Shown: positions 28,336-39,335, counted from the first letter of the stretch. The stretch: DNA of 64,000 nt from Nitrospinales bacterium (GCA_965223345.1 CBDCWG010000012.1:1536001-1600000), one strand, 5' to 3'. Notes: a model not told the origin generated them from the sequence alone. Numbers and translations are program-made.

Positions 28336-30846
28336 TCAGGCCCGGTTGCCGCCGGTTTTTGGCGGTTTCCCGGCCTCGGCAAAGATGTGTCCGTGCTCGA
28401 AGCCCTGAAAGGTTTGTTCGTACAGGCCGCGGGAAACCGGGGTCTTGGTGAACTGGATGTGTTTCATCAGCCGGAATATGAGAAATCCCGCAATCAGGGC
28501 CGGCGGGATGAAAATCCAGCCGAAGGGGTCGCCGAACACCACTTTGGTCATGCCGACGATCAGAAAAATACCGGCGAGCGAGGTGACCAGCGCGCAGGTC
28601 AGCCGTTTCCAGGGAAAGACGATGTGGTGTTTTTCGTGCTTGAAATAGCGGACTTCCTCGGGCCACCAGCCGAAGGGCAGGGCGCGGGCGTAAAACCGCC
28701 GCCGCACTTCGGGCGGTTCCGGTTCGGTGCACAGGGTGGCGAGGATCCAGAACGGCAGCACCGTGACGACGCTGATGACCAGCCGGAAGGATTCTTCCTC
28801 CAGATACCAGCTGTCGCCCAAGAAGTGATCGAACAGGTAGTGGTACAGCTTGATCCCGTGCGTCAGCTCGAAATCGAACAGCGTCTGCTTCGACCAGAGC
28901 CAGGCGACGGCGGCGTCGATGGGGCCGAAGCCGTGCAGGATCACGTACATAATGAGGGAGCCGACCAGCGCCGTGAGGATCGAGTAGCTGTTGATCCTCC
29001 AGTGCCAGAACATCAGCACGGTCGGGATGCCCGCGCCCGCCAGCAGCTCGATCGCCAGCTCCCAGCCGGTGAGCAGGTTTTCCACGTGCGTGACGTAGTA
29101 GAGCAGAAGCAGGATCAGGCCGGCGATGGCGAGTTTCCCGACCAGGAATTCCTCCCATGCTGAAGGTTTCTTCGTGCGGATGGCCGACCACAGCTCGACG
29201 ATGTAGGAGCCGCCGTGGAACAACTGGCTGGTCATCGTGGACATGTATGCGCCGAATGCCACCGAAACGAACGCGCCGCCGAGAAAGCCGCCGCCGAACA
29301 GCAGAAACCCGGTGATGGCCACGCCGGCTTCGCCGTTCAAATGGACGCCGTACAGATAGATCGAGGGAACCAGAAACAGCGAAGCGATGCCCAGCACCGT
29401 CCAGGGGTGGTGCCGGACGGCGAAGGAAAATGTGGAGTGAAACAGCCCGGCGCCCACCGCGTGGAATTCGTTTTTGCAGTCCTTGAGCCGCTGCGCCGCG
29501 TAGCCGCCGATGAACGAACCGATCAGAGGTTGCAGCCCGAGCAGCACCAGCAGGCCGACGATCGAGTAGAAGATTTCGTTGACGAACGGGTAGTGCAGCA
29601 TGAGGCTTCCCATCGTATCGGGATGGGTCACGCGCTGGCCGGTGAGAAACGCGCAGATTTCATTTTTTTCGATGCCGTGCTCGTCCAGCCGTTGGATGTA
29701 AGTGTCCAGGTCGGTAATGTGTTCGGGAGGAAACAGCGCCGCGTCCAGCAGCCGTGCGGCTTTCAGCTGTTCCAGCGTTTCCTTGTTCTTGAAGCGGTGC
29801 GCCTGCGGGATGAAATTTTTTTGCCACAGTCTGTAAAAAGGATCGTCCGGGTTGTCATCGAGGGCGGCGAGCACCGCCTGCCTGCTCAATCCGGTGACAT
29901 CCGGAGAGAACACGTACTGGTTGGGCAGGTGTGAGGTTGCGAGCAGGATGTTGGCGCGCAGCAGGGCGTCCGGGTCGCTGCCGTTGCGGGCGAAAAAAGA
30001 TTTGTCCACCTTGACGAGGGAATTGCGCACCTCTCCGCTGGCGAGCGACGCTTCCCCCTTCGCCACGGTTCCCTTGATGCCGTTGTCGTCCCAGATGTGG
30101 ATCATCGCGCCGAAGAACAGCAGCGCGGCGAGGATGATCTGCGCGTTGTCGGCGAGGATCATGCCGCGAAACCCGGTGAAAATGCTGAAGACCACCACCG
30201 GCAGCAGCATGACGAAAAAGACGAAAGGGCCGGGTGCGAACGTCAGGGCGGCGTTTTCCGGAAAGGCCTGGCCGTGCGGGAGAAAGTGCGGCAAAAAATC
30301 CAGCCCGGAGAATGTGAAGTACACGCCGGAGACGTTGAACCCGAGCAGGAAAACCATCACCATGGCCTTGGACACGGTGCCCATGACGGCGTTGTTGCGC
30401 ACCAGGATTTCGATCAGGCTTTGCGTGATCATCAGGACCTTCGCGCGCTTGCCGGAAAAGCGCAACAGCGGCAGCGCGGCGTCGGCGTACAAGCGCAGCC
30501 GCACCCAGATTTCTGCGTACAGGAAGGTGCCGAGCGAAAAGGCGATCATGCCGCTCTGCCAGAACCAGTTCCAGCCGACGCCGCCTTTGGAGCGGATGAA
30601 ATCGCCGACGACGAACGGCGTGTCGCTGGCGAACATGGTGGCGATGATGCCGCCGCCCGCAACGAACCAGGTGAAGCGCTTGCCTTCATCGACGACGGAA
30701 TAGGTCTGCTTCTTGGTCTTCTCGCCGGTGCGCCAGCGGTAGTAGGCGTAGCCCATCAGCAGGATCAAAAAACAGATGAACGTCCATTGCCCGTAGGGGT
30801 TGAGATAAACGTCGTGCTGGGGCAGGGGGGCCTGGATCGGGTTCAT
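28336..30846 (-). CDS. Sodium:solute symporter family protein with large soluble insertion
   Basis: ATMFASDTP, WNWFW, QRL..CKNE..A, AYMST...Q...GSY, FWHWRIN motifs; 836 aa. Confidence 0.8.
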   Translation of the reverse strand: MNPIQAPLPQHDVYLNPYGQWTFICFLILLMGYAYYRWRTGEKTKKQTYSVVDEGKRFTWFVAGGGIIATMFASDTPFVVGDFIRSKGGVGWNWFWQSGMIAFSLGTFLYAEIWVRLRLYADAALPLLRFSGKRAKVLMITQSLIEILVRNNAVMGTVSKAMVMVFLLGFNVSGVYFTFSGLDFLPHFLPHGQAFPENAALTFAPGPFVFFVMLLPVVVFSIFTGFRGMILADNAQIILAALLFFGAMIHIWDDNGIKGTVAKGEASLASGEVRNSLVKVDKSFFARNGSDPDALLRANILLATSHLPNQYVFSPDVTGLSRQAVLAALDDNPDDPFYRLWQKNFIPQAHRFKNKETLEQLKAARLLDAALFPPEHITDLDTYIQRLDEHGIEKNEICAFLTGQRVTHPDTMGSLMLHYPFVNEIFYSIVGLLVLLGLQPLIGSFIGGYAAQRLKDCKNEFHAVGAGLFHSTFSFAVRHHPWTVLGIASLFLVPSIYLYGVHLNGEAGVAITGFLLFGGGFLGGAFVSVAFGAYMSTMTSQLFHGGSYIVELWSAIRTKKPSAWEEFLVGKLAIAGLILLLLYYVTHVENLLTGWELAIELLAGAGIPTVLMFWHWRINSYSILTALVGSLIMYVILHGFGPIDAAVAWLWSKQTLFDFELTHGIKLYHYLFDHFLGDSWYLEEESFRLVISVVTVLPFWILATLCTEPEPPEVRRRFYARALPFGWWPEEVRYFKHEKHHIVFPWKRLTCALVTSLAGIFLIVGMTKVVFGDPFGWIFIPPALIAGFLIFRLMKHIQFTKTPVSRGLYEQTFQGFEHGHIFAEAGKPPKTGGNRA

Positions 30847-30909
30847 GAAGGGTTCGAATCCTTATTGCGTGCCGGATGAAACACGAATGCGCGATCTATG
30901 GATGCGCGG

Positions 30910-33519
30910 TCAGCCACCGGATTCTGGGTCCACGACCTCGATCCGGTTCTGCCTTTTCAGTTTTTGCACGGGAATGTCCGCAACCCGGATGCGGGTTGGA
31001 TCGTCCATGAGCAGCGTGAGTGGTTTGCCGTTCAACTGCATGCTTCGTTCGCGTGCCGCAGCGGTTTTCTCATACTCGATGCGAATCGCTTTGTTCTGAT
31101 ACCTGCCTTCAAATTGAAATTGCTGCAAAGGGCTCGAGGGATCGGGCTGGATCCGCAGCCGGTCGAACTCGGGCCGGAACCCGAACACATACCAGATCAG
31201 GATTTTCAACAGCACATTGGAGCTTCCGGTCTGCCAATCGTTCATCGACTCGCCATCCAAGCCGAGTTCCGGGTTGTGCAGGTAGGAATTGGGGATGACG
31301 AACGGCGTCAGATTGTAGTTTGCGTGGATGCTTGTGAACGGAAGCAGCTTTTCCAGCTGCGCCCAGGCTTTTTCCGATTCCCCGATGGCGAACAGCGACG
31401 CGACCGCGAACAGGGTGGCGTGGTTGTAGGTCGCGCCGTTTTCCGCCGTGCCGGGCGGCAGCTTGGGGATGCGGCCGAACCATTGCTCTGTACCGCGGGC
31501 GAACGCCGGATGAAAGGTGCGCAATCCGTATTTGTCGTCCAGGGTTTCGTATGCGTCGAGGATCGCTGCGCGCAAATCCAGAGCGTCGTTTTGTTTCGCG
31601 TCCTGGTGCAGGCCGCTCAGGATCCAGAACGCGTGGCTGGTGAGGCTCAAGCGGGAGAATCCGTCCGGGTCCTGAAAGCCGCCCACCGTGTATTGCGCCC
31701 GGTCTCCGAAACCGTGCGCGATTCTTTTTTTCCCCTTCGATTCGAGGACGGCGTTGCGGGTGAGACCCGAATAGAGTTTCCGCATCGCGGTCTGGCAGCG
31801 GCGGATTTCGGTTTTGTGTTTTTTCCCGCATTTGAGGAAGGACAGCAGGGCGATCATGTCGGCGCAGTTCTTATAGAGCTGCAGGCTGCCCATCACCGTG
31901 GTGCCGGTTCCGTAGGGCTCTCCCTTTTTGCGCGTGAAACCCAGACCGTCGAGGGCGTCGTTCCAGTCGCCGTACAGCGCCTTCAGCAGTTTCGTGTCGG
32001 GATCGATGTGCCGGATCAGGTAGCGCAGGATGCGCAGCAGGTGTTCCAGCACCGAGTCGCGTTGCGAAGCGGGACGGATCGCGCCGATGAAGGGGTTGTC
32101 CTCGACGATCCGGTGGTAGCCGGCCTGCTGGAAAAAAAAGTCGCGGTTGCCGGTGAGCTTCAGGTATTCCACCAGAGTCTGAATCACCCACAGCCCCTGA
32201 TCGATGAATTCGCGCGTGTCGGCGATTTCGCTTCCCGGCAGGTACTGCCGCAGGCAGCGGCCGTTCGGGCCGGTGCGCTCCAGCGCTTCGAGGATTTTTT
32301 CGCGGGCGGCGGCGGGTGCGAAATACTGGTAGGCTTCCAGCGCCTGGAACACGTCGCGGATGCCGACCAGGGAACGCGGTGCCACCTGCATATAGCCTTT
32401 GAGCTCGGAGCAGACGGTGACCTGCTGCTGCAGATTGATCAGAAACGGAAAAAAATCCCGGTCCCGGATCTCGCTGCGCTCGGGATCGAAAGCGCCGTGC
32501 ATGTGCAGCGCCTTAAGCCGCTGCATGTTGCTTCTGGCGACCCGGTTCACTATGCGGTCCACGTATTCTGGGCGCACCGCTTTGCCAAACCCGGATGCGC
32601 GTCTGGGTGCGCCGGTGGTTCTCTGATAGATGTAATCCAGCCGCAAGCCGCTATCGGCTGCGGTTGCGAAAAACAGGGCGTTGGCGAAGACGCCCCGGTC
32701 GTTGAACACGGTTTCGCCGCGTTGCCTGGGGAAATGCGGCCGGTGAAAGGATTCGGCGTCATTCAGGTTGCGGTTGCCGCCGCCGACAAATTCCTGCCGC
32801 GATGTGGTGGTTTCGTAGCCCTCGATGCGCATTCCGGGCGCAAGCGTTGCGCTTCCGCGCAATTCGGAGCGGTGCGTGTGGGAGGTGAGCCGGTCCGGAT
32901 CCTCGTGTACGGTGAACGTCCCCGGAAATAGTTGCTGCGACGAATTTCCCTGCGCCCGCAACTCGGGGCGGGTTTTCGCCGTGAGAAACCAGCGGTCCTC
33001 GTCGGTTTTGCCGAGGCCGGTTTTTTCCTGCGGCGCGAAGTAGCTCAGCAGCCGGCAGTTGGTTTGCGCCGTGTCGAAGTGGAGAAAAAGCGAAAACAAC
33101 AGCTCGTTTTGGGGGCTGGCGCTGACCCGCACGGTGGAACGGATGCCGTGTTCTTGGCTGATGTAATAGGTCGCGTGGGGGGTGAACACGGTGGCGCGGT
33201 CGGCCTGCTGCGAAAGGAAAGGTACCGGCAAAAGGGAACGGATCGCATCGCCCGTATGGAGAAAAAAAGCGATGGCGGGTTCTTCGCCTTCCTTGGTGAC
33301 CGGAAACAACTGATGCAAACCGTCGGAAGCGTAGAGGTATCCGTCGGCCTGGCACCACAAGGTGAATCCGTTGCACCCGTAGACAAACCGGCCTTGCGGC
33401 GAATCGCCCAGCGTGACGCCGCCGCCTTCGGGAAGAAAATAATACCCGCGCGGGTTTTCCTCACGGACTTCGAGGGCCTGGACGGCGGCGCTCACATCTT
33501 CGGGAATCCATCGGGTCAT
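30910..33519 (-). CDS. GH94-type glycoside phosphorylase
   Basis: GIRDVFQ, GDWNDALD, G.AENGATYNHA, WQTGS motifs. Confidence 0.85.
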   Translation of the reverse strand: MTRWIPEDVSAAVQALEVREENPRGYYFLPEGGGVTLGDSPQGRFVYGCNGFTLWCQADGYLYASDGLHQLFPVTKEGEEPAIAFFLHTGDAIRSLLPVPFLSQQADRATVFTPHATYYISQEHGIRSTVRVSASPQNELLFSLFLHFDTAQTNCRLLSYFAPQEKTGLGKTDEDRWFLTAKTRPELRAQGNSSQQLFPGTFTVHEDPDRLTSHTHRSELRGSATLAPGMRIEGYETTTSRQEFVGGGNRNLNDAESFHRPHFPRQRGETVFNDRGVFANALFFATAADSGLRLDYIYQRTTGAPRRASGFGKAVRPEYVDRIVNRVARSNMQRLKALHMHGAFDPERSEIRDRDFFPFLINLQQQVTVCSELKGYMQVAPRSLVGIRDVFQALEAYQYFAPAAAREKILEALERTGPNGRCLRQYLPGSEIADTREFIDQGLWVIQTLVEYLKLTGNRDFFFQQAGYHRIVEDNPFIGAIRPASQRDSVLEHLLRILRYLIRHIDPDTKLLKALYGDWNDALDGLGFTRKKGEPYGTGTTVMGSLQLYKNCADMIALLSFLKCGKKHKTEIRRCQTAMRKLYSGLTRNAVLESKGKKRIAHGFGDRAQYTVGGFQDPDGFSRLSLTSHAFWILSGLHQDAKQNDALDLRAAILDAYETLDDKYGLRTFHPAFARGTEQWFGRIPKLPPGTAENGATYNHATLFAVASLFAIGESEKAWAQLEKLLPFTSIHANYNLTPFVIPNSYLHNPELGLDGESMNDWQTGSSNVLLKILIWYVFGFRPEFDRLRIQPDPSSPLQQFQFEGRYQNKAIRIEYEKTAAARERSMQLNGKPLTLLMDDPTRIRVADIPVQKLKRQNRIEVVDPESGG

Positions 33520-33841
33520 ATCTCAAGCGGGTTTGGGGAGTGGATGCGTGCCTGACTGGAAAACGCCGTAGCGGGGCCGGTGTGCCGAAAGGGCCTTGAG
33601 TCTATAATACCATTAATATCAATAATTTATAAGCGTGTTTGCGGATTGTGCCCGTCGCTGAGGCTCTCGCACCGGCCGGCGCCGCCCGGCCGGAGCGGGG
33701 AGGGCTGAAAAACGGGGCTTTAGATCTAAATTATTGTTTTTAAATGATTTTTTCGTTATTCTGGGTGTTCGGAAAACAAAATGGAATCTTCAATCCGGCG
33801 GGTTTTTCGGACCCTTTCCGGCGAAACATCAGGGGCACGCG

Positions 33842-34537
33842 ATGCACGAAAAAAAACTCAAGGTGAAGGCGCTGACACCGGACAGCACGGTCAAAGCGCT
33901 GGTGGTGGACGATGAGGAAATGAACCGGGTGCTGTTGATCGATGCGCTGGAAGCGATCGGCGTGAAAGTCCGGCATGCGGTGAACGGACGCGAGGCGATG
34001 GAGCGGATCGGAGAGGAAGCGCCGGACATCATTTTCCTGGACCTCAGAATGCCCGTCATGGACGGGATGGAAACGCTGCACCGCATCAATGAAGATTACG
34101 GCTACCGCCGTTTCCACATCATCGGCACGTCCGCTTCCGATTCTCCGATGCAGAGAAACGAGTTTTTGCAGACGGGGTGCATTTCCCTAGTGCCCAAACC
34201 CTTCCGGTTGAATCAGATTTTCGACTGCATCCAGCAGCTTCCGGGTGTGGAGTTGATTTACCAGGAGGATGCCGACGCGGCCGATGGCGGCTCGCCGGAG
34301 GAAGCCATCGATCACGCTTCGATCCGGGTTCCCGCCGAACAGTTTCTCGCTTTGAAAGATGCTATCGAACAGGACGACGTATCCGGTGTGCGGAAGATCC
34401 TGGATCGTCTTCAACTGGAGGGGGACCGGGAGAACCGCTTGTTGGCCCAGCTGATGGTCTGGGCCGAGACCTCCGAGTTGGAGGCGATTTTAGCGGCTCT
34501 GGAAAAATGCCTCATCGCCGGCATCGGCCACGACTGA
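33842..34537 (+). CDS. Response regulator receiver with helical C-terminal extension
   Basis: LVVDDE, FLDLRMPVMDG, KPF; resembles the tail of hybrid kinases. Confidence 0.85.
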   Translation: MHEKKLKVKALTPDSTVKALVVDDEEMNRVLLIDALEAIGVKVRHAVNGREAMERIGEEAPDIIFLDLRMPVMDGMETLHRINEDYGYRRFHIIGTSASDSPMQRNEFLQTGCISLVPKPFRLNQIFDCIQQLPGVELIYQEDADAADGGSPEEAIDHASIRVPAEQFLALKDAIEQDDVSGVRKILDRLQLEGDRENRLLAQLMVWAETSELEAILAALEKCLIAGIGHD

Positions 34538-35012
34538 GAACACCTTCTCTCCGCTAAGGCTCGAGCGATCGGCCCCGGTCGATGGTTCCTTCCCCGCCTT
34601 TTCACCACTGCCGAAATCTTTACCGGATCGCCCCGATTCTCCGTGATTTTTCACATCACCCCGACAGCAAGCTGGATTCGAACCCGGGAAAAGCCGGGAG
34701 TGGCCATTTTGGGCGATATTCGCCTAAGCTTTTGAAATGGCGGCACTCGTGCCGGGAGGGGCCCGCCAGATACACGGAGGAGTCAAACAAAGTATTACAA
34801 ATATTGGCGTGTTCGGATGATTTTTTACAGCCGCAAAACATATAATGATTAAGAAATCAAAGGACTTATTGGGGGCGGGTCCAACCGATAGCGATTCATG
34901 TGATTCGTAGGCCATACAGACAGAACGATAGAAGGTGGCTGCCTTTGGCTGCATTGATCATGGAATCGGTGCAGCCATTTTTTTTGCACTCGAACACCCA
35001 AAATGACTTTCC

Positions 35013-35609
35013 GTGAAATCCTCCAGAAATAAAATCCCTTCCAGTTTCTTCCTCGGGAGTTTCTTCGCACTCCTGTTTCTGGCGATCCCTATTCTTTTTG
35101 CGTTTCCCAAATCCTACGCGGCGGAAGCCGAATCGCGGGAATACGTTCTCAAAGCCGGATTCATCTACAACTTCACGAAATTCATCGATTGGCCCAGAAA
35201 GACAAAAGCGGATATTAAAGCCGAAGGATACCGGTTTTGTGTGGTCGGCCGGGACCCTTTCGGCGAAATACTGGACCGTCTCGCGGAAAAACTGAAGCGT
35301 AAAAACAAGGCGTTGATCATCCAGCCCCAAGTTTCTTTAGAGGAGGTATCGCGATGTCACATTCTGTTCATCGGAAAATCGGAAAAATCCCGAGTCGATC
35401 AGATTCTGGCGTGGGTGGACGGTTTGCCTGTCCTGGTGGTCGGGGACACGCCGGGTTATGCCCAAAAAGGAGTGGGGATCAATTTTTTCATACTGGGAAA
35501 TAAAATCCGTTTTGAAATCAATCGAAACGCGGTGGAAAAAGCCGGTTTGCAGGTCAGTTCCGAGTTGCTGAACCTTGCCAAAATCGTTTCAGGGAGGGAA
35601 GACCGATGA
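35013..35609 (+). CDS. YfiR/HmsC-family (DUF4154) periplasmic protein
   Basis: EY.LKA.FIYNF.KF..WP, CHILFI, FEIN......GL.VSS.LL.LA. Confidence 0.9.
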   Translation: MKSSRNKIPSSFFLGSFFALLFLAIPILFAFPKSYAAEAESREYVLKAGFIYNFTKFIDWPRKTKADIKAEGYRFCVVGRDPFGEILDRLAEKLKRKNKALIIQPQVSLEEVSRCHILFIGKSEKSRVDQILAWVDGLPVLVVGDTPGYAQKGVGINFFILGNKIRFEINRNAVEKAGLQVSSELLNLAKIVSGREDR

Positions 35610-37447
35610 TGCGTATGCGCAACCTTCCCATTCAGAAAAAATTGATACTCATCGTGCTGGTGATCACGGTGCCCGCCTTGCTGCTGTTCAGCGGTGTTTT
35701 TATTTACAACGATTTGAAAAGCGTGAAAAAGGAGATGGTGCGCAATCTCACGGTGCTCGCCAGTGCGGTGGGGGCGAACAGCCGGGCGGCGCTGGTTTTT
35801 CGCGACGAAGCCGCGGCAGAGAATATCCTGTCCTCGCTGACAAACGAACCGCAGATCGTCTCCGCGGCGCTTTTCTATACGAACGATTCCGTCTTTGTGA
35901 CGTTTATGCCCGATCCTTCGGCGCCGTTCGATCCACCCACTCACCTGAAAGCCGGGGAGTATGTTTTCGGCGATCGGATCGAGATCGTCCTGGATATTTT
36001 CCTGGATGAAGAACGGGTGGGGAAGATCTACCTCAATGCGCACCTGCAGGAGTTTAAAATTCGAGCCGTCAACTATGTCCTGTTCATGCTGGTGATTTTG
36101 CTGGCGATCCTGGCGGTTGCGTTTTCGGCGACATTGAAACTGCAAAATATCATTTCAAAACCGATTCTGGCTCTGGCGAGGACCGCGACCGAGATCTCCA
36201 TGACCTCGAACTATTCCCTGCGTGTGAAGCACGACAATGAGGATGAAATCGGGACGTTGTACGCGGGGTTCAATGAAATGCTGTCGCAAATCGAGAAGAG
36301 GGAAAACGAGCTGGGAACCTACCGGGATCACCTGGAAGAAAAAATCGTGGAGTGCAACCTGGCGGGTGAAGAGCTGAAAAAAAGCGAGGAATCGATACGA
36401 ACCATTCTGGACAACGCGTTCGATGCGATCATCACGATGAATTCGGAGGGCATCATCACGAACTGGAATCAACGGGCCGCCTCCATATTCGGCTGGCACG
36501 CGAACGAGGTGATCGGGAAAAAACTGGTCGATTTGATCATTCCATCGCAATACAAGGCTGCGCACACAAGCGGGCTCACACGGTTTTTGAAGACCGGGGA
36601 GCATGAAATCCTGAACAAACAGATCCAGTTGACGGCCCTCAACAAGAGCGGCAGGACGTTTCCGGTCGAGATTGCGGTCTCTGCCATTCAAAGAGACAAT
36701 ACCTATATGTTCACTGGCATCATCCGCGACATCACCCAGCGCAAGCAGGCGGAAGGGGAGCTGTTGACCTCGCGGGAGCGGCTGCGGAATCTGAGCAACC
36801 GGCTGCAATCGGCGCGCGAGGAGGAAAAAACACGGATCGCCCGTGAAATTCACGATGAACTGGGACAGGCTCTGACCATGCTGAAACTGGATTGGAGCTG
36901 GATTGAGAAGCGGCTGCCCTCCAGGGACGATGTGGTGATCGACAAAGCCCGGTCGATGATGGTCCTGATTGAAGATACGATCCAAATCGTGCAGAGGATA
37001 TCCAGCGAGCTGCGTCCGCAAATGCTCGACATCCTGGGTCTTTGCGACACGTTGAAATGGCAGACCAAGGAATTTCAGAAGCGAACCGGGATTTACTGTA
37101 CGTTGAACATAGAGCCGGATCAGTTTCCGGTGGATTCCGAACGGTCCACCGCTTTGTTCCGGATTTATCAGGAAGCATTGATCAATGTGGTGCGCCATGC
37201 CGAAGCCAGCAAAGTGGAGACTTGTTTCCGCAAAGAAAACGGCACACTGGTTCTCGAGGTGAAGGACGATGGCATTGGGATGGATGAGAGCTTGTTGGAA
37301 AATCCACAGTCTCTGGGGTTGATCGGAATTCGGGAACGCATCCTGGTCTGGCGGGGAAAAATGCAGCTTGAAAGCGTTTTGGGAGAAGGCACCACTCTTA
37401 AAGTAACCATTCCTATTGGTGAGGAGCCGTCCAATGAAAAAGGATAA
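35606..37447 (+). CDS. Sensor histidine kinase (periplasmic/CHASE-like, HAMP, PAS, HisKA_3)
   Basis: DEIG.L..GFN.ML HAMP; PAS; EK.RIAREIHDELGQ; DDGIG. Confidence 0.93.
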   Translation: MMRMRNLPIQKKLILIVLVITVPALLLFSGVFIYNDLKSVKKEMVRNLTVLASAVGANSRAALVFRDEAAAENILSSLTNEPQIVSAALFYTNDSVFVTFMPDPSAPFDPPTHLKAGEYVFGDRIEIVLDIFLDEERVGKIYLNAHLQEFKIRAVNYVLFMLVILLAILAVAFSATLKLQNIISKPILALARTATEISMTSNYSLRVKHDNEDEIGTLYAGFNEMLSQIEKRENELGTYRDHLEEKIVECNLAGEELKKSEESIRTILDNAFDAIITMNSEGIITNWNQRAASIFGWHANEVIGKKLVDLIIPSQYKAAHTSGLTRFLKTGEHEILNKQIQLTALNKSGRTFPVEIAVSAIQRDNTYMFTGIIRDITQRKQAEGELLTSRERLRNLSNRLQSAREEEKTRIAREIHDELGQALTMLKLDWSWIEKRLPSRDDVVIDKARSMMVLIEDTIQIVQRISSELRPQMLDILGLCDTLKWQTKEFQKRTGIYCTLNIEPDQFPVDSERSTALFRIYQEALINVVRHAEASKVETCFRKENGTLVLEVKDDGIGMDESLLENPQSLGLIGIRERILVWRGKMQLESVLGEGTTLKVTIPIGEEPSNEKG

Positions 37448-38078
37448 GATCCGGGTCGTCATTGCGGACGACCATGCTTTTCTGCGCAGGGGGTTGATGC
37501 AGATCATTTCCGAGACTCCCGATATCACCGTGGTTGCGGAGGCGGAAAACGGCAATGAACTGTTGGAGAAAATCAGGAAGATCGATCTCGACGTGGTGGT
37601 GATGGATGTGGGGATGCCGGAGAAAAGCGGCTGGGATGTGATGATCCAGTTGAAAGTCGAGCAGCCCAAATTGCCGGTGATCATTTTGAGCGTCTTCCCT
37701 GAAGAGGATTACGCCACCAAATTTTTTAAAGCCGGCGCTTCGAGTTATTTGAGCAAAACGAGTGCGCCCGAGCTGCTGGTGGAAGCCATACGCAAAGTGG
37801 CCAAAGGCGGCAAGTTCATCAGCCCCAATCTGGCCGAACAGATTGCCATCGAGCTGGGAAGCGACTCCAGCCGCAAACCGCATCAAGCCCTTTCACCCAG
37901 AGAGTTTCAGATCTTCACCCTCATCGCCTCCGGGAAAACCGTGAAGGAGATCGCCTGCGAGCTGTCATTGAGCGTTCCCACGATCAGCACGCACCGGGCC
38001 CGTATTCTCGAAAAAATGGAAATGAAAACCAATGCTCAACTGACCCATTACGCTTTTAAAAACAACCTAGTTGAGTGA
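37434..38078 (+). CDS. NarL/LuxR-family response regulator
   Basis: IADDH, MDVGMP, LSPREFQI...GK..KEIA HTH. Confidence 0.95.
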   Translation: MKKDKIRVVIADDHAFLRRGLMQIISETPDITVVAEAENGNELLEKIRKIDLDVVVMDVGMPEKSGWDVMIQLKVEQPKLPVIILSVFPEEDYATKFFKAGASSYLSKTSAPELLVEAIRKVAKGGKFISPNLAEQIAIELGSDSSRKPHQALSPREFQIFTLIASGKTVKEIACELSLSVPTISTHRARILEKMEMKTNAQLTHYAFKNNLVE

Positions 38079-38311
38079 TCGCCCCTCTTATCACCTCCCG
38101 CCTTTGTCCGTTAGACAGGGACGTTTCCCCTCAAAGTGGCTCTTGCCTCTCTGTCATTCAAACAATGATGAAAATTCCTGTGAATACTTGATGGGAAAAG
38201 CATGGTTTCGTCTATACCCCCGGTTCCGAAAAAGATTTAATTTGGCTGCAAACAGAATGGAGTGGTCGAAGTTCTTACCCGAAAAACCATTCTCTATTTA
38301 GGGGGCACATC

Positions 38312-38395
38312 ATGAATTATGAATCGGTGTTCATCGTTGGCATCCCGCTTGTCTATTTCTTCGTTTGCCTTCTGGTTCTTTGGATCCGATGGTGA
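38312..38395 (+). CDS. Possible 27-aa single-TM peptide MNYESVFIVGIPLVYFFVCLLVLWIRW
   Basis: AGGGGG RBS, TM-like composition; no homolog seen. Confidence 0.35.
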   Translation: MNYESVFIVGIPLVYFFVCLLVLWIRW

Positions 38396-38786
38396 CCGAG
38401 TTCCTCGATGCTTTGGAGATGCATGAGACGTTGCAGGCGCAAGCCGGCTTCGGGCCATGCCACGGCGGATGAACAACCGTTCACGTGGCGTCCGTTGTCG
38501 TGGATAAATAAATCATCGAGAGGCCCCGGGATGAGGGAAAGTTCAGTCAGGGGGGACGACGATTTCTTGTCCCGGGTTCTCTTTCTAATATTGTAAAGCA
38601 GATGAAAGCGGAACTTGCCGCATCTCGGAACTCCTCTCTTCCCAATGTGGAGAGTACCTCCGATCTAAACCCGTTCACGCCAGGAACCGGGGTTAGCACA
38701 GACTCACTTCAGGCTCGATGATCTGCATCGGGGGGAGGGGACTCCGAGATGCAAACAGGTTCAGACGGAAGAGAAAGGAGAGACCC

Positions 38787-39194
38787 ATGTGCAAGGGAAC
38801 GATTCTGGTGATCGACGACGAACAAGACGTCCGCGACATTTTGCAATACCACCTTGGAAAGCAGAACTACCGGGTCTTGGCGGCTGAAAACGGAGAGGAG
38901 GCCATGGGCATTCTTCGCCGGGAAGACAACCGGGTCCATGTCGGGTTGATCTTTTGCGACATCCGCATGCCCAAAGTGAATGGAATCGAGTGCATCGATT
39001 TTTTAAAAAAGGAGGCCCCGGATATACCGGTGGTTGTCCTGACGGGCTACCCAGACATGGAAATGGAAGTCGCCATGATGAAAAAGGGAGTGAAAGAATA
39101 CCTGGTCAAGCCGATAGAGCGGAAAGAATTGATTCAAAAAACCGAAGCGCTGGTGGCGGCGGGAAAGGAGATGGGGTATCAGCGGGGGCTGTGA
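38787..39194 (+). CDS. Stand-alone receiver-domain protein
   Basis: ILVIDDE, CDIRMPKVNG, KP; AAGGAG RBS. Confidence 0.92.
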   Translation: MCKGTILVIDDEQDVRDILQYHLGKQNYRVLAAENGEEAMGILRREDNRVHVGLIFCDIRMPKVNGIECIDFLKKEAPDIPVVVLTGYPDMEMEVAMMKKGVKEYLVKPIERKELIQKTEALVAAGKEMGYQRGL

Positions 39195-39306
39195 GTGAAA
39201 TTGTTGGACCGATAGGGCAATTGCTTCAAGCTGGGTTATGGGAAAGGGCAACCCTTGTGAATAGTTGCAATCTTAAAATTGGGCAAAAAAGGCTCACTTG
39301 CGGCTC

Positions 39307-39335
39307 TTGACAGAAACAAGGGGCGGCCTTAAATT
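39307..39335 (+). promoter_or_regulatory. Sigma70-like promoter
   Basis: TTGACA-N17-TAAATT. Confidence 0.45.

Noticed and set aside
30898..32931. 677-aa plus-strand ORF
   Set aside because: Antisense shadow of the GH94 gene with no motifs. The same applies to 14740-15972, 18198-19892, 36155-37684, 43348-44982, 52565-53851 and 56122-57465, an expected effect of high GC3.
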